From Gammaproteobacteria bacterium (GTDB lineage: Bacteria > Pseudomonadota > Gammaproteobacteria > Nevskiales > Nevskiaceae), in assembly GCA_026398875.1 (NCBI GenBank), contig JAPLSB010000008.1:37986-101985 (forward strand): 64,000 bases of DNA, read 5' to 3'. Each line of letters opens with the position of its first letter. Positions within the stretch are counted from its first letter, which is position 1. The notes below the pieces were generated by a model, which worked only from the letters and a program-made list of their open reading frames with translations, did no database searches and was not told the DNA's origin. The position numbers were made by a program, and so were the translations under genes. Below are positions 1-11,060 of the stretch, one piece after another.

Positions 1-504
1 CAGGCAGCACCGGCCGATGCGCGCCTGCACTGCGCCGGCGCTGGCCGCTATCCCGATGCCGCCACGAAGCCGTTGTCGGCCGTGCAGCTGTCGCCCGGGC
101 AATGGCTGACCTGCTACGCCCACAGCAGCGTCAGCGGCCTGTCGAGCCCGATGGCGCGCTACGCGGCAGCGCCGTCGGCGCCACCCGATCCGGCACCGCT
201 GCAACTGCATGCGAGTCCCGAACTCGGCCCTTACGCCCAACCGCTGAATCTGACGCTGACCGCCAGCGCACCGGACGCGCTGATCGTCTATTCGATCCTC
301 GGCCGCACGCCGGACAGCGGCAGCGCGCTGTATCGCGGGCCGATCTACCTGCCGGCGCCGGTCACGCTGACCGCCGTCGCAATGACGCCGGACGGTCGCC
401 GCTCGGCGCCGCTGCGGCTGCGCTACGACGTCAGCCTGGCGCATGACGAAGTGCTGCACAGCCTGCAGCGGCAACTCGACCCGGGCGCGCCGCTGCCGGA
501 CTGA
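1..504 (+). CDS. 3' end of a larger protein (frame open to the window edge) with a C-terminal Fn3-like chitobiase/hexosaminidase-C-type module
   Basis: Frame 1 has no stop from nt 1 to the TGA at 502-504. The segment TLTASAPDALIVYSILGRTPDSGSALYRGPIYLPAPVTLTAVAMTPDG resembles the 'IYYTxDGSxPxxxSxxYxxPIxL' Fn3-associated module. Confidence 0.4.
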   Translation, partial: QAAPADARLHCAGAGRYPDAATKPLSAVQLSPGQWLTCYAHSSVSGLSSPMARYAAAPSAPPDPAPLQLHASPELGPYAQPLNLTLTASAPDALIVYSILGRTPDSGSALYRGPIYLPAPVTLTAVAMTPDGRRSAPLRLRYDVSLAHDEVLHSLQRQLDPGAPLPD

Positions 505-602
505 CCGGCCCCTGCGCAACGGCCGCCGGCCGTGCAGCCGCAGCCTGCGGCGAACAGGAACGGGCACAATTGGCACCGCTCCCGATGTCACCTGTTCCTG
601 CC

Positions 603-1370
603 ATGGATTCCAAAATCGTCTTCGTCACCGGCGCCAGCGCCGGCTTCGGCGCCGCCATCACTCGCCGTTTCGTCGCCGAAGGCCACCGCGTGATCGCGTC
701 CGCACGGCGCGTCGACCGGCTTGATGCGCTGCGCGCCGAACTGGGCGCGGCCGTGCTGCCGGTGGCGCTCGATGTCACCGATCGCGCTGCGATCGAAGCG
801 GTGATCGCCGCACTTCCGGCCGACTGGGCCGCGATCGACGTGCTGGTCAACAACGCCGGCCTGGCACTGGGCCTTGAGCCGGCGCAGCGCGCCAGCCTCG
901 AAGACTGGGAGCGGATGGTCGATACCAACATCAAGGGCCTGATGACGATGACCCGTACCGTGCTGCCGGGCATGGTGGCGCGCGGTCGTGGTCACGTGAT
1001 CAACATCGGCTCCACGGCTGGCGAATGGCCGTATCCGGGCGGCAACACCTATGGCGCGACCAAGGCCTTCGTCCGCCAGTTCACCTTGAACCTGCGCACT
1101 GATCTGGTCGGCACCGGCGTGCGCGCCACCGACATCGAGCCGGGCCTGTGCGGCGGCACTGAGTTCTCGCAGGTGCGCTTCCATGGCGATCAGGCCAAGG
1201 CCGAAGCGGTCTACGCCGGCACCACGCCGCTGTCGGCCGATGACGTTGCCGACGCGGTCTTCTGGGTCGCCTCGCGTCCGGCCCACGTCAACATCAACCA
1301 CCTGCAGCTGATGCCGGAATGCCAGGCCATCGGCCCGCTGGCGGTCAAGCGTCGCGAGGCCACGAACTGA
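603..1370 (+). CDS. Short-chain dehydrogenase/reductase (YdfG-like NADP-dependent 3-hydroxy acid dehydrogenase type)
   Basis: Starts MDSKIVFVTGASAGFGAAI (TGxxxGxG Rossmann motif), has NNAG, and a YGATKAF catalytic Y-x-x-x-K. The ATG at 603 gives the typical N-terminus. Confidence 0.85.
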   Translation: MDSKIVFVTGASAGFGAAITRRFVAEGHRVIASARRVDRLDALRAELGAAVLPVALDVTDRAAIEAVIAALPADWAAIDVLVNNAGLALGLEPAQRASLEDWERMVDTNIKGLMTMTRTVLPGMVARGRGHVINIGSTAGEWPYPGGNTYGATKAFVRQFTLNLRTDLVGTGVRATDIEPGLCGGTEFSQVRFHGDQAKAEAVYAGTTPLSADDVADAVFWVASRPAHVNINHLQLMPECQAIGPLAVKRREATN

Positions 1371-1681
1371 TGGCCGCGTTCAAGGATCACGGCGTCATCG
1401 TCATCGACGACGACGAATTCCACTGGCAGGTGCGGCACTGGGTCGGCGGGCCGGTCAAGGGCGGCGGCTGCGGCGGCCTGTCGGTGACCGTGTCGACCGA
1501 TCCTGGCAAGCGCCGCGAGCTGATCGTCGAATTCCCGTACGTGGAGTTCGGGCAGGGCAAGCCGAAGTCGGAAATCCAGTTCGCCAAGCGCCTGCAGGGC
1601 TGCATCGAAGCGGCGATGGCCGAAGGCTGGCGCGCCAATTCGCGTGGTCGGCCGTGGATCCACGAAGCCGATCCGGTCTGA
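1370..1681 (+). CDS. Small hypothetical protein (103 aa)
   Basis: Its ATG overlaps the SDR stop (TGATG at 1368-1372). High GC3 codon usage. I recognise no family. Confidence 0.5.
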   Translation: MAAFKDHGVIVIDDDEFHWQVRHWVGGPVKGGGCGGLSVTVSTDPGKRRELIVEFPYVEFGQGKPKSEIQFAKRLQGCIEAAMAEGWRANSRGRPWIHEADPV

Positions 1682-1755
1682 GCCGCACGGCCCGCGCCGT
1701 ACAATGCGCGGCCTCCCCCTGAAGCCCGGCCGCATGGCCGCCTGAACGCGTTCCG

Positions 1756-3435
1756 ATGAAATCCCAACTGCAGGACCTGCTGCGCGCCGCCGTTGCCACC
1801 GTGATCGAGGGCAGTGCCGCGCCCATGCCGCGCGACATCCTCGTCGAGCCAGCCAAGGACAAAAAGAACGGCGACTTCGCGAGCAATGTCGCGATGATGC
1901 TGGCCAAGCCGCTGGGCAAGCCGCCGCGCGCAGTCGCCGAGGCGATCGTTGCAGCACTTCCGCGCGGAGGCATCATCGACAGGATCGAAATCGCCGGCCC
2001 CGGCTTCATCAACTTCTTCCTTGCCGCCGGCGCGCTGCAGCAGGTGGTGGTCGACATCCTGAATGCCGGTGATGCCTTCGGCATCGATCGCTCCGGCGCG
2101 AAAGGCAAGGCGATGGTCGAGTTCGTGTCGGCCAATCCGACCGGGCCGCTGCATGTCGGCCATGGCCGGGGTGCTGCCGTCGGCGACTGCATGGCGCGCG
2201 TGCTCGCCGCCGCCGGCTGGCAGGTGACGAAGGAGTTCTATTACAACGACGCCGGCAACCAGATCGCCAACCTTGGCGTGTCGGTGCAGGCGCGCGCGCG
2301 CGGCATCAAGCCGGGCGACGCCGGCTGGCCGGAAGACGGCTACCGCGGCGACTACATCGACGACGTCGCCAAGTCCTATCTGGCCGGCGACACCGTCAGC
2401 GCCGACGACCGTGCAGTGACCGCCAAGGGCGATGTCGAGGATCTCGACGCGATCCGCGATTTCGCGGTGGCCTATCTGCGCCGCGAGCAGGATCTCGATC
2501 TGAAGGCCTTCGGCGTGCAGTTCGACGTCTACTACCTGGAAAGCTCGCTGTACACCGAGGGCAAGGTCGACAGCACCGTCGCCGCGCTGCAGGCCAGCGG
2601 CCACACCTACGAGCAGGACGATGCGCTGTGGCTGCGCACCACCGGCTTCGGTGACGACAAGGATCGCGTGATGCGCAAGCGCGAAGGCGGCTACACCTAC
2701 TTCGTGCCCGATGTCGCGTACCACGTCAGCAAGTGGCAGCGCGGTTTCGTGCGGGTGATCAACGAACAGGGTGCCGACCACCACGGGACCATCGCTCGCG
2801 TGCGCGCCGGCCTGCAGGCGCTGGACATCGGCATTCCGAAAGGCTGGCCGGAATACGTGCTGCACCAGATGGTCACCGTGATGCGCGGTGGCGAGGAAGT
2901 GAAGCTGTCGAAGCGCGCCGGTTCCTATGTGACCTTGCGCGACCTGATCGACGAAGCCGGCCGCGACGCGACGCGCTACTTCCTGGTTGCCCGCAAGAGC
3001 GATTCGCAGCTGACCTTCGACATCGACCTCGCGCGCGCGCAGACCAACGACAACCCGGTCTATTACATCCAGTACGCCCATGCCCGCGTCTGCGCGGTGC
3101 TGCGCCAGCTGGCCGAGCGCGGCCTCAGCTACGACCAGGCGCAGGGCTTCGGCGCGCTCGCCCAGCTCGCCGAGCCGGAAGCGGTGGCGCTGGTGGCACT
3201 GCTCGGCCGATTCCCGGAAACCGTGCAGGGATCGGCAGCGAATCTGGAGCCGCACGTCATCGCCCAATACCTGCGCGATCTGGCCGCCGCGTTCCACGGC
3301 TACTACCACGCGCTGCCGTTCCTGATCGACGACGCCGCGCTGCGCAATGCCCGTCTGGCGCTGGCGCAGGCGACCGGCCAGGTGCTGCGCAACGGGCTGG
3401 CGCTGCTCGGCGTGTCCGCGCCGGAGAAGATGTAG
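1756..3435 (+). CDS. argS: Arginine--tRNA ligase
   Basis: 559 aa with the class I HIGH-type motif ([19 protein letters not shown]) and a typical ArgRS C-terminal anticodon-binding end (YYIQYAHAR). Confidence 0.97.
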   Translation: MKSQLQDLLRAAVATVIEGSAAPMPRDILVEPAKDKKNGDFASNVAMMLAKPLGKPPRAVAEAIVAALPRGGIIDRIEIAGPGFINFFLAAGALQQVVVDILNAGDAFGIDRSGAKGKAMVEFVSANPTGPLHVGHGRGAAVGDCMARVLAAAGWQVTKEFYYNDAGNQIANLGVSVQARARGIKPGDAGWPEDGYRGDYIDDVAKSYLAGDTVSADDRAVTAKGDVEDLDAIRDFAVAYLRREQDLDLKAFGVQFDVYYLESSLYTEGKVDSTVAALQASGHTYEQDDALWLRTTGFGDDKDRVMRKREGGYTYFVPDVAYHVSKWQRGFVRVINEQGADHHGTIARVRAGLQALDIGIPKGWPEYVLHQMVTVMRGGEEVKLSKRAGSYVTLRDLIDEAGRDATRYFLVARKSDSQLTFDIDLARAQTNDNPVYYIQYAHARVCAVLRQLAERGLSYDQAQGFGALAQLAEPEAVALVALLGRFPETVQGSAANLEPHVIAQYLRDLAAAFHGYYHALPFLIDDAALRNARLALAQATGQVLRNGLALLGVSAPEKM

Positions 3436-3438
3436 GCC

Positions 3439-4227
3439 ATGGCTCGCGACTACGCCAAGCCGCGCAACCCGAACGCCGGCCGCAACGGCAACGGCCGTGG
3501 CGGCAATGGCCCCGGCAATCGCCGCGCCAATGGCAATTACGGTGGCAATAGCGGTGGTGGCGGTGCCGGCGGCGCGCTGCCGGGCTGGGTGTGGATGATC
3601 GTCGGGCTGGCGATCGGGCTGGTGGTCGCCGCGTTCGTCTACATCGACCGGCCGCAGCACAAGACCAAGCTCGGCGAGGCCGCGCAGGCCGACGGCGACC
3701 TCAAGCCGCTGCTCGGCGAGGATCGCGACAAGCGGGCGTCGAAGACCGCGAAGCCGGCCGCCAGCGATGACGGCAAGGCCAAGACCGCGAAGCCTGCGGA
3801 TAGCGTGCCGGTGCCGTCGCCGGACAAGGTGCCGCCGCGCTACACGTTCTACAACGAGCTGCCGAAGATCGAGGTCGCGATTCCGCGCGAATACTCGCGC
3901 CCGGCGCCACCACCCGCACCCGGCAAGCCGACGCCGGCGCCCGCGAAGCAGCCCCCGGCCGAGGTCAAGCAGGCCTTGGCCGATCCGGGCGGTGCCTATC
4001 TGGTGCAGGTCGGCGCCTACAAGTCGCGCGAGGAAGCCGACCGACAGCGCGCCAAGCTGGCGCTGATCGGCTACGAATCGCGGATCGAACAGGTGACGCT
4101 CAGCGAACGCGATGTCCGCTTCCGGGTGCGCGTCGGCCCGCAGCCGAATCTGGGCGCCGCGCAGGACGTGCTGGCGCGGCTGGAAAGCAACGCGATCAGC
4201 GGCTTTCTGGTCAAGATCAAGGACTGA
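3439..4227 (+). CDS. SPOR domain-containing cell-division-type protein (FtsN-like)
   Basis: One TM helix (WVWMIVGLAIGLVVAAFVYI), a Pro/Lys-rich linker and a C-terminal SPOR domain (YLVQVGAYKSREEADRQRAKLALIGY...RFRVRVGP). It starts 4 nt after argS. Confidence 0.85.
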   Translation: MARDYAKPRNPNAGRNGNGRGGNGPGNRRANGNYGGNSGGGGAGGALPGWVWMIVGLAIGLVVAAFVYIDRPQHKTKLGEAAQADGDLKPLLGEDRDKRASKTAKPAASDDGKAKTAKPADSVPVPSPDKVPPRYTFYNELPKIEVAIPREYSRPAPPPAPGKPTPAPAKQPPAEVKQALADPGGAYLVQVGAYKSREEADRQRAKLALIGYESRIEQVTLSERDVRFRVRVGPQPNLGAAQDVLARLESNAISGFLVKIKD

Positions 4228-4235
4228 ACACGTCG

Positions 4236-4400
4236 ATGGCCGGGCCGGAATCGAAGCACGACGACGTTCCCGAGTTCGACAGCATCGAGGAGCGGCTGGC
4301 GTTCGCCGAGATCGCGTTGGCCGGTGCTACTGCCAGCGAACAGCTGGAAGATCCGGAAGCGCCGCCGCCGGACGATCCGTTCGCGGCGTTCCCGGACTGA
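4236..4400 (+). CDS. Possible small acidic protein (54 aa)
   Basis: ATG to TGA ORF below the track cutoff (MAGPESKHDDVPEFDSIEERLAFAEIALAG...). GC3-rich codons, weak RBS, no recognised family. Confidence 0.3.
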   Translation: MAGPESKHDDVPEFDSIEERLAFAEIALAGATASEQLEDPEAPPPDDPFAAFPD

Positions 4401-4409
4401 GCGTCCGCT

Positions 4410-5228
4410 TCAGCCGCGCAGTTCCGCCAGCACCGCCGCCGTTGCCGGCCGCACACCGCGCCAGCGCTGGAACGCTTCGGCAGCCTGCTCGACCAGCATG
4501 CCAAGGCCGTCCGACACCTGTGCCGCACCTTCGCTCTTCGCCCAGACCATGAATGGCACGGCCGCCTGGCCGTAGTTCAGGTCGTAGGCGATGCCCCCGT
4601 CGGCGAACAGCTTCGGCGGCAGACGCGGAATCGCGCCCGAATGACCGGCGCTGGTGGCATTGATGATCAGGTCGTAGCGGTCGCCCTTCAGCGATAGATG
4701 CGTGCGCGGCACGATATTGCCGTGCGGCTTGAGCGCCGCGGCGATCTCTTCCGGCTTCCACGGGTTGCGGTTGGAAATCGCCAGCTCGGCCGGGCCTTCG
4801 GCCAGCAGCGGCACGAGGATGCCGCGCGCGGCGCCACCGGCACCGAGCACCAGTACCCGCTTGCCCTTGATCGCCACACCCAGATTGGCGGTCAGATCGC
4901 GGACTAGCCCGGCGCCGTCGGTGTTGTCGCCATGCCAGCCGGTCGCGGTGCGGATCAGCGTGTTGACGGCGCCGGCCTGCTCGGCCGCCTCGGAACGCGA
5001 TTCGCACAGCGCGGCACCGACCTGCTTGTGCGGCACGGTCAGATTGAAGCCGGCCCAGCCTTCGGCATGGAAGCGGCTCAGCGACGGGCCAAGCTCATCC
5101 GGGGCGATCTCGTAGGCCTCGTACAGCAGCTTCTGGCCGAGGCTGGCGGCGAACGCAGCGTGAATGCGCGGCGACTTCGAATGGCCGACCGGCTGGCCGA
5201 GCACCGCATAGCGATCGAGGTCCGACAT
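4410..5228 (-). CDS. aroE: Shikimate dehydrogenase
   Basis: MSDLDRYAVLGQPVGHSKSPRIH...NLTVPHK signature. The ATG at 5228 overlaps the hemB stop (ATGA). The longer track start is an upstream extension. Confidence 0.9.
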   Translation of the reverse strand: MSDLDRYAVLGQPVGHSKSPRIHAAFAASLGQKLLYEAYEIAPDELGPSLSRFHAEGWAGFNLTVPHKQVGAALCESRSEAAEQAGAVNTLIRTATGWHGDNTDGAGLVRDLTANLGVAIKGKRVLVLGAGGAARGILVPLLAEGPAELAISNRNPWKPEEIAAALKPHGNIVPRTHLSLKGDRYDLIINATSAGHSGAIPRLPPKLFADGGIAYDLNYGQAAVPFMVWAKSEGAAQVSDGLGMLVEQAAEAFQRWRGVRPATAAVLAELRG

Positions 5229-6268
5229 CAGGCGTCCTTGAGCCAGCGAGCGGCCTGCTTCGAGAAATAGCTGAGGATCATGTCGGCACCGGCGCGACGG
5301 AAGCACAGCAGCGATTCCATCACCACCTTCCTTTCGTCCAGCCAACCGCGCTCGGCGGCGGCCTTCAGCATCGCGTACTCCCCGGACACCTGATACGCCG
5401 CGACCGGCACGCCGAATTCGTCCTTCACGCGGCGAATGATGTCGAGATACGGCATGCCCGGCTTGACCATGACGATGTCGGCACCTTCGGCGATGTCGAG
5501 GCCGACTTCGCGCAGCGCCTCGTCGGTGTTGGCCGGATCCATCTGATAGGTGCGCTTGTCGCCCTTCAGAGCGGTGGCCGAACCGACCGCATCGCGGAAC
5601 GGGCCATAGAAGCCGCTGGCGTACTTGGCGGCGTAGCTGAGGATCATCGTGTTGTGGCGGTTGTCGCGCTCCAGCACCGAGCGGATCTGGCCGACGCGGC
5701 CGTCCATCATGTCGCTCGGCGCCAGCACGTCGGCGCCGGCGCGAGCCAGCACCACGGCCTGCTTGCGCAGCGCCTCCACCGTGATGTCGTTGGCGACATA
5801 ACCGGCTTCGTCGAGGATGCCGTCATGGCCGTGGCAGGTGTACGGGTCGAGCGCAATGTCGACGATCACGCCGAGTTCCGGGCAAGCGTCCTTGACGCGC
5901 TTGATGGCGCGTGGAATCAAGCCGTCCGGATTCAGCGCCTCGCTGCCGATCTCGTCCTTGAGTGCCGGCGGAATCACCGGGAACATTGCCACCGCCGACA
6001 CACCAAGCGCGGCCAGTTCGCGGCATTCGGCAACCAGCTGGTCGAGGTCGATCCGGGCCTGGCCGGGCATCGAGGCAACCGGGCCGCACAGATCGCCCTC
6101 GGCGACGAACAGCGGCTGGATCAGCTGACCGGCAACCAGCCGCGTTTCGCGGCTCAGTTCGCGGGAAAAGGCGGCCGAACGCAGGCGGCGCGGGCGGGTG
6201 GCGGGATAGGCGGTGTGGACCACGGCGAGCTCGATGCTGTCAGGGAGTGCGATTATAGGACGGCCCAT
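5228..6268 (-). CDS. hemB: Porphobilinogen synthase (delta-aminolevulinate dehydratase)
   Basis: 346 aa with RPRRLR near the N-terminus, active-site region VMVKPGMPYLDI and YQVSGEYAM. Confidence 0.95.
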   Translation of the reverse strand: MGRPIIALPDSIELAVVHTAYPATRPRRLRSAAFSRELSRETRLVAGQLIQPLFVAEGDLCGPVASMPGQARIDLDQLVAECRELAALGVSAVAMFPVIPPALKDEIGSEALNPDGLIPRAIKRVKDACPELGVIVDIALDPYTCHGHDGILDEAGYVANDITVEALRKQAVVLARAGADVLAPSDMMDGRVGQIRSVLERDNRHNTMILSYAAKYASGFYGPFRDAVGSATALKGDKRTYQMDPANTDEALREVGLDIAEGADIVMVKPGMPYLDIIRRVKDEFGVPVAAYQVSGEYAMLKAAAERGWLDERKVVMESLLCFRRAGADMILSYFSKQAARWLKDA

Positions 6269-6354
6269 CGACCGACCGGGGCCAAAACTGTCACGCGAAG
6301 TTGACGAATTGGCTTGCTATCCTTTGCGCCATCACTGTTCAGGTTCACTGTCTG

Positions 6355-6921
6355 ATGAGTTACAGCACCGCCGACAACGAACGACTCGTCTACCTGTTGG
6401 CCGATACCGGTCTCGGCGACCAGCGGGCGTTCGCGCAATTGTACGAAGCCTGCAGTTCGCATCTGTATGCGCTGCTGCTGCGTATGTTGAAACGTCGGGA
6501 TTGGGCGGACGAAGCGCTGCAGGACTGCTTTCTCAGGATCTGGCAGAAGGCTGATACCTACGCACCTGAAAAGGGCACCCCGTTGACCTGGCTGATGACG
6601 GTCGCGCGCTACCGTGCGCTCGACCTGCTGCGCATGAAGCGGCCGGAAGTGGAAATGCCGGAAGAAGGCGATGAAGCGCCGATGACCTTCGCCGATGTCA
6701 GTGAAAGTCCGGAAGATCGCGCGGTGGAACAGGAAGGGCTCGGGATGCTTCGGGATTGCATGCAGGACCTGCAGGACGAACAGAAGCGCAGCGTGCTGCT
6801 GGCTTATTACGAGGGCTACACGCATCAGGAGCTGGCACAGGTCATGGATGCCCCGCTGGGCACGGTGAAAAGTTGGGTCAGACGCGGTCTGGCCCGTTTG
6901 CGCGAATGTCTGGATCGGTGA
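6355..6921 (+). CDS. ECF-type RNA polymerase sigma factor (sigma-70 family)
   Basis: Region 2 (FAQLYEACSSHLYALLLRML...DEALQDCFLRIW) and region 4 (LLAYYEGYTHQELAQVMDAPLGTVKSWVRRGLARLRECL) are present. ATG at 6355. Confidence 0.9.
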   Translation: MSYSTADNERLVYLLADTGLGDQRAFAQLYEACSSHLYALLLRMLKRRDWADEALQDCFLRIWQKADTYAPEKGTPLTWLMTVARYRALDLLRMKRPEVEMPEEGDEAPMTFADVSESPEDRAVEQEGLGMLRDCMQDLQDEQKRSVLLAYYEGYTHQELAQVMDAPLGTVKSWVRRGLARLRECLDR

Positions 6922-6934
6922 ACGGCGGCTCGAG

Positions 6935-7711
6935 ATGAAGTACGACAACCCCAAGCTGCGCCAGATGCTGGCTGCCGAGTACGTGCTGGGCACGCTGCGC
7001 GGGCTCGCCCGCCGCCGCTTCGAACGCCTGGCGCGCAGCGAAACCGCCGTGCGCAGCGAAATCCGCTTCTGGGAATCTCGCCTTGCTGGTCTTGCGGCCA
7101 ACCTCAAGCCGCAGTCGCCGCCGCCATCGGTGTGGTTCTCGCTGCTGCATCGGATCGAGACCCAGCCCCCGGTGGTGACGCCGATCCGCCGCCCGGTCGC
7201 CCCGGCGCCGGCGGCACCGGCGCCGGCTTCGCCGTGGCGGATCGTTGCCGGTCTGGCCACTGCGGCCGGCGTGGCCATCGCCGTGCTGATCGGCAGCCGG
7301 GCGCCGCTGCCCGGCGCAATCGACGCGCCGACGACCGTCGCCAGCGCGCCGCAAGCCGTGCCAGCGCCTGCCGCGCTGCCGCCGGTCTATGTGGCGCTGC
7401 TGCGGGTGCCGGACACCGACCTGCAGTGGACGCTGGCGCTCAAGCCGGAATCGGATGAAGTCACCGCCGTGGTCAGCGGCAGCTATCCGAAGCTCGGCGA
7501 ACGCAGCCTCGAACTGTGGCTGATCACCGACGCCGGCCCGGTTTCGCTGGGCCTGCTGCCGACGACCGGCGAAGGCCGGCTCAAGCTGCCGGATGGCGTC
7601 AGCGGTGCCCAGCTGACCCTGGCCGTGTCGCTGGAGCCGGCAGGTGGTTCGCCGATCGGCAAGCCGACCGGCCCGGTGCTGACTTCCGGACCGGCGATCA
7701 AGGCGGTCTGA
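6935..7711 (+). CDS. Anti-sigma factor (RskA / anti-sigma-K type)
   Basis: Lies immediately downstream of the ECF sigma gene. Has an N-terminal anti-sigma helix region ([10 protein letters not shown]), a central TM ([19 protein letters not shown]) and an RskA-like C-terminus (LELWLI...[12 protein letters not shown]). Confidence 0.8.
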   Translation: MKYDNPKLRQMLAAEYVLGTLRGLARRRFERLARSETAVRSEIRFWESRLAGLAANLKPQSPPPSVWFSLLHRIETQPPVVTPIRRPVAPAPAAPAPASPWRIVAGLATAAGVAIAVLIGSRAPLPGAIDAPTTVASAPQAVPAPAALPPVYVALLRVPDTDLQWTLALKPESDEVTAVVSGSYPKLGERSLELWLITDAGPVSLGLLPTTGEGRLKLPDGVSGAQLTLAVSLEPAGGSPIGKPTGPVLTSGPAIKAV

Positions 7712-7739
7712 AGCAGCGAGCCAGGCGGTTCGCAGTACC

Positions 7740-7775
7740 GGAAACCGGCGACCCGTTCGCCGGTTTCCTGTTTTT
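7740..7775 (+). terminator. Rho-independent terminator after the anti-sigma gene
   Basis: GGAAACCGGCG-acccgtt-CGCCGGTTTCC (11-bp perfect stem) followed by TGTTTTT. Confidence 0.75.
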
Positions 7776-7862
7776 GGGGCGCGGCAACTGGAATCGGGGC
7801 CAGCGCGACGGTACCGTGCGCTCCGCCGTTCAATTCCGCCACGTCGACCGAGGAAGCCCGCG

Positions 7863-9359
7863 ATGACCGCAGCTGCGCCGAAATCCGCCCTGCTGGCAAT
7901 CGATCAGGGCACGACCAGCACCCGCGCCATCGTTTTCGACCGGCTCGGCAACAAGCTCGGCGTGGCCCAGCGCGAGCTGCCGCAGTCGTTCCCAGAGCCC
8001 GGCTGGGTCGAACATGACGCCAACCGGATCTGGGCCGACACGCTGGCCTGCGCGCGCGGTGCGCTGGCCGATGCCGGGCTGACTGCAGCGGATCTGGCGG
8101 CGGCGGGCATCACCAACCAGCGCGAGACCACCGTGGTCTGGGATCGCGCCAGCGGCGAGCCGATTCATCCGGCGATCGTCTGGCAGGACCGCCGTACGGC
8201 CGATTTCTGCGCCGAGCGCAGCGCCGCGTTTCTCGACCAGAAACTGAATGTCAGCACTGGCCTGCTGCTCGATCCGTACTTCTCGGCGACCAAGATCGCC
8301 TGGATTCTCGACCACGTGCCCGGCGCCCGTGCCCGTGCCGAAGCCGGCGAACTGGCGTTCGGCACCATCGACTGCTGGCTGCTGTGGAAGCTGACCGGCG
8401 GCCGCGTTCACGCCACCGATGCCAGCAATGCCTCGCGGACGCTGCTCTACAACCTGCACAGCGCCGACTGGGATGACGCGCTTCTGGCGTTCTTCAAGCT
8501 GCCGCGGGCGCTGCTGCCGGTGGTGCACGATTCGGCGGCCGACTACGGCCAGACCGACGCTGCACTGCTCGGCAGCGCGGTGACGATCGGCGCGCTGGTC
8601 GGCGACCAGCAGGCGGCGACGGTCGGTCAAGCCTGCTTCAAGCCGGGGATGATCAAGAGCACTTACGGCACCGGCTGCTTCGTGGTGCTCAATACCGGCC
8701 ATCAGGCGGTGCAGTCGCAGCACCGGCTGCTCGGCACCGTCGGCTACCGACTGAACGGCGAGACCACGCATGCGCTGGAAGGCTCGATCTTCGTCGCCGG
8801 CGCAGCGGTGCAATGGCTGCGCGATGCCGTGCACCTGATCGGCTCGGCGGCTGAAACCGAAGCGCTGGCCAAGACCATCCCGGACACCCAGGGCGTCTAT
8901 CTGGTGCCGGCGTTCACCGGCCTCGGCGCGCCGTACTGGGACCCGCGCGCCCGTGGCGCGATCCTTGGTCTGACCCGCGATTCCGGCATTGCCCACATCG
9001 TTCGTGCGGCGCTGGAATCGGTCTGCTACCAGACGCGCGATCTGCTCGACGCGATGGCCAAGGACGCCGTTGCACCGACCGAACTGCGCGTCGATGGCGG
9101 CATGGCCGTCAACGACTGGCTGATGCAGTTCCTCGCCGACATCGTGCGGGTCACCGTGGTGCGACCGCAGACCGTGGAAACCACCGCGCTCGGCGCGGCG
9201 CTGCTGGCCGGCCTGACCTCGGGGGTCTATGCCTCGCTCGACGAGATCGCCGCGCTGTGGCGCGCCGATGCCCGCTTCGAACCGCAGATGGACGCGGCGC
9301 GGGCGAATGCGCTGTATTCGGGTTGGCTGGAGGCGGTGGCGCGGACGCGAGTGAGCTGA
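7863..9359 (+). CDS. glpK: Glycerol kinase
   Basis: 498 aa. [18 protein letters not shown]-terminus, [12 protein letters not shown] and [15 protein letters not shown] are classic FGGY/GlpK motifs. Confidence 0.97.
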   Translation: MTAAAPKSALLAIDQGTTSTRAIVFDRLGNKLGVAQRELPQSFPEPGWVEHDANRIWADTLACARGALADAGLTAADLAAAGITNQRETTVVWDRASGEPIHPAIVWQDRRTADFCAERSAAFLDQKLNVSTGLLLDPYFSATKIAWILDHVPGARARAEAGELAFGTIDCWLLWKLTGGRVHATDASNASRTLLYNLHSADWDDALLAFFKLPRALLPVVHDSAADYGQTDAALLGSAVTIGALVGDQQAATVGQACFKPGMIKSTYGTGCFVVLNTGHQAVQSQHRLLGTVGYRLNGETTHALEGSIFVAGAAVQWLRDAVHLIGSAAETEALAKTIPDTQGVYLVPAFTGLGAPYWDPRARGAILGLTRDSGIAHIVRAALESVCYQTRDLLDAMAKDAVAPTELRVDGGMAVNDWLMQFLADIVRVTVVRPQTVETTALGAALLAGLTSGVYASLDEIAALWRADARFEPQMDAARANALYSGWLEAVARTRVS

Positions 9360-9440
9360 GGCGTGAAAAGTGGGTCGGCAATCCCTTGCCGACGCGCCCA
9401 CTCGATCCGGACGTCTCTTGAATTCAGGAAAATCAAGTCC

Positions 9441-9525
9441 GGACCACAAAGGCACAAAGGTGAAAAGCAAGGGCACAGCGATCGCATTGCCTTTGTGTCC
9501 TTGCCGTCGCCTCTCTTTGTGGTCC
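9441..9525. repeat. 85-bp imperfect palindromic extragenic repeat (CACAAAG-type)
   Basis: GGACCACAAAGGCACAAAGG...CCTTTGTGTCCTTG...CTCTTTGTGGTCC. The termini are an 11-bp perfect inverted repeat. Built like the elements at 26.0 and 28.2 kb. Confidence 0.7.
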
Positions 9526-9659
9526 CGGGCTTTTGCTCTGACGGCTTGGAAACGGAGGCACTGCCTTGTCCCGACGAGGCAGGGTCCACGCCAGTTGCGC
9601 ACTGCAACATCCGGGCGTAAGTTCGCCGCCTTGAACAGCCTGACCCACTTCCCCCCGGC

Positions 9660-11039
9660 ATGAAGATCGTGATCCTCGGCGCAGGTCAGGTCGGTTCGAC
9701 GCTGGCCGAGAACCTGGCTCGCGAAGCCAACGACATCACCGTCGTCGATGCCAGCCGTGCCGCCCTCAATCACCTGCAGGAACGGCTCGACATCCGCACC
9801 GTGCTTGGCCACGCCTCGCATCCGGACACCTTGCGCCGGGCCGGCGTCAACGATGCCGACATGATCATCGCGGTCACCGACAGCGACGAGACCAACATGC
9901 TCGCCTGCCGGATCAGCCAGACGCTGTTCCACACGCCGACCAAGATCGCCCGCGTCCGCGCAGCCGAATACCTGAACGAGGAAGACCGGCTGTTCCTGCC
10001 CGATGCGCTGAGCGTCGACATGCGGATCAGCCCCGAACAGCTGGTCACCGAAGCGATCCTGCGCCTGATCGAATATCCGGGCGCCTTGCAGGTCGTCGAT
10101 TTCGCCGACGGCAAGGTGCAGCTGGTCGGTGTGCGCGCCTATTACGGCGGGCCGCTGGTCGGTAACGAGCTGAAGGAGCTGCCGAACCATCTGCCGACGG
10201 GTGTTGATGCCCGCGTCGCGGCGATCTACCGGCGCGGCAAGCCGATCCTTCCCGAAGGCTCGACGGTGATCGAGGCCGACGATGAAGTGTTTTTCCTCGG
10301 CGCCCGCGAGCACATCCCGAAAATCATGGCCGAGCTGCGCAAGGTCGATCGGCCGGTCAAGCGGGTGATGCTGGCCGGCGGCGGCAACATCGGCATGCGG
10401 CTGGCGCGAGCGCTGGAAAAGAAGTGCCAGGTCAAGATCATCGAGCGCAATGGCGAGCGCGCGCGCTATCTGTCGGAGCAGCTGAACCACGTCGTCGTGC
10501 TGTCCGGCGACGCCGCCAACGAGGCGCTGCTCGAAGAGGAGAACATCGAGGACACCGATGTCTTCTGCGCCGTCACCAATGACGACGAGGCCAACATCCT
10601 GTCGGCGATGCTGGCCAAGCGCCTCGGCGCGCGCCGGGTCTTGAGCCTGATCAACCGGCTGGCCTATGTCGATCTGGTCGAAGGCGGAGCGATCGATATC
10701 GCGGTGTCGCCGCAGCAAGCCACGGTGTCAGCCCTGCTGGCGCATGTGCGGCGCGGCGATGTCGCCAAGGTGCACAGTCTGCGGCGCGGCGCGGCGGAAG
10801 CGATCGAAGCGGTGGCCCACGGCGACCGCCACAACTCCAAGGTGGTCGGCCGCCGGCTCGAGGAAATCAAGCTGCCGCCGGGCACCACGATCGGCGCGAT
10901 CGTCAGAGGCGACGACGTGATCATTGCCCATCACGACGTGCTGATCGAAGCCGAGGATCACGTGATCCTGTTCATCGTCGACAAGCGCCGGACCAAGGAC
11001 GTCGAGAAGCTGTTCCAGGTCGGCCTGACGTTCATCTGA
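9660..11039 (+). CDS. trkA: Trk potassium uptake system NAD-binding subunit
   Basis: 459 aa with two RCK/TrkA-N domains ([19 protein letters not shown] and [17 protein letters not shown]). Confidence 0.95.
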   Translation: MKIVILGAGQVGSTLAENLAREANDITVVDASRAALNHLQERLDIRTVLGHASHPDTLRRAGVNDADMIIAVTDSDETNMLACRISQTLFHTPTKIARVRAAEYLNEEDRLFLPDALSVDMRISPEQLVTEAILRLIEYPGALQVVDFADGKVQLVGVRAYYGGPLVGNELKELPNHLPTGVDARVAAIYRRGKPILPEGSTVIEADDEVFFLGAREHIPKIMAELRKVDRPVKRVMLAGGGNIGMRLARALEKKCQVKIIERNGERARYLSEQLNHVVVLSGDAANEALLEEENIEDTDVFCAVTNDDEANILSAMLAKRLGARRVLSLINRLAYVDLVEGGAIDIAVSPQQATVSALLAHVRRGDVAKVHSLRRGAAEAIEAVAHGDRHNSKVVGRRLEEIKLPPGTTIGAIVRGDDVIIAHHDVLIEAEDHVILFIVDKRRTKDVEKLFQVGLTFI

Positions 11040-11060
11040 GACGCTGTCTCGTCGGGACGC

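Noticed and set aside
1387-3660. 757-aa ORF antisense to argS, and similar giants at 7830..10718(-), 23572..26076(-), 51357..54188(-), 49012..50538(-), 57604..60401(-), 11313..12713(+) and 16724..18553(+)
   Set aside because: Each lies antisense to, or out of frame with, a strongly recognisable conserved gene. Their translations are Arg/Ala/Gly/His/Asp-rich low-complexity sequence with no family signatures. This is the classic stop-codon-poor antisense artefact of a high-GC genome.
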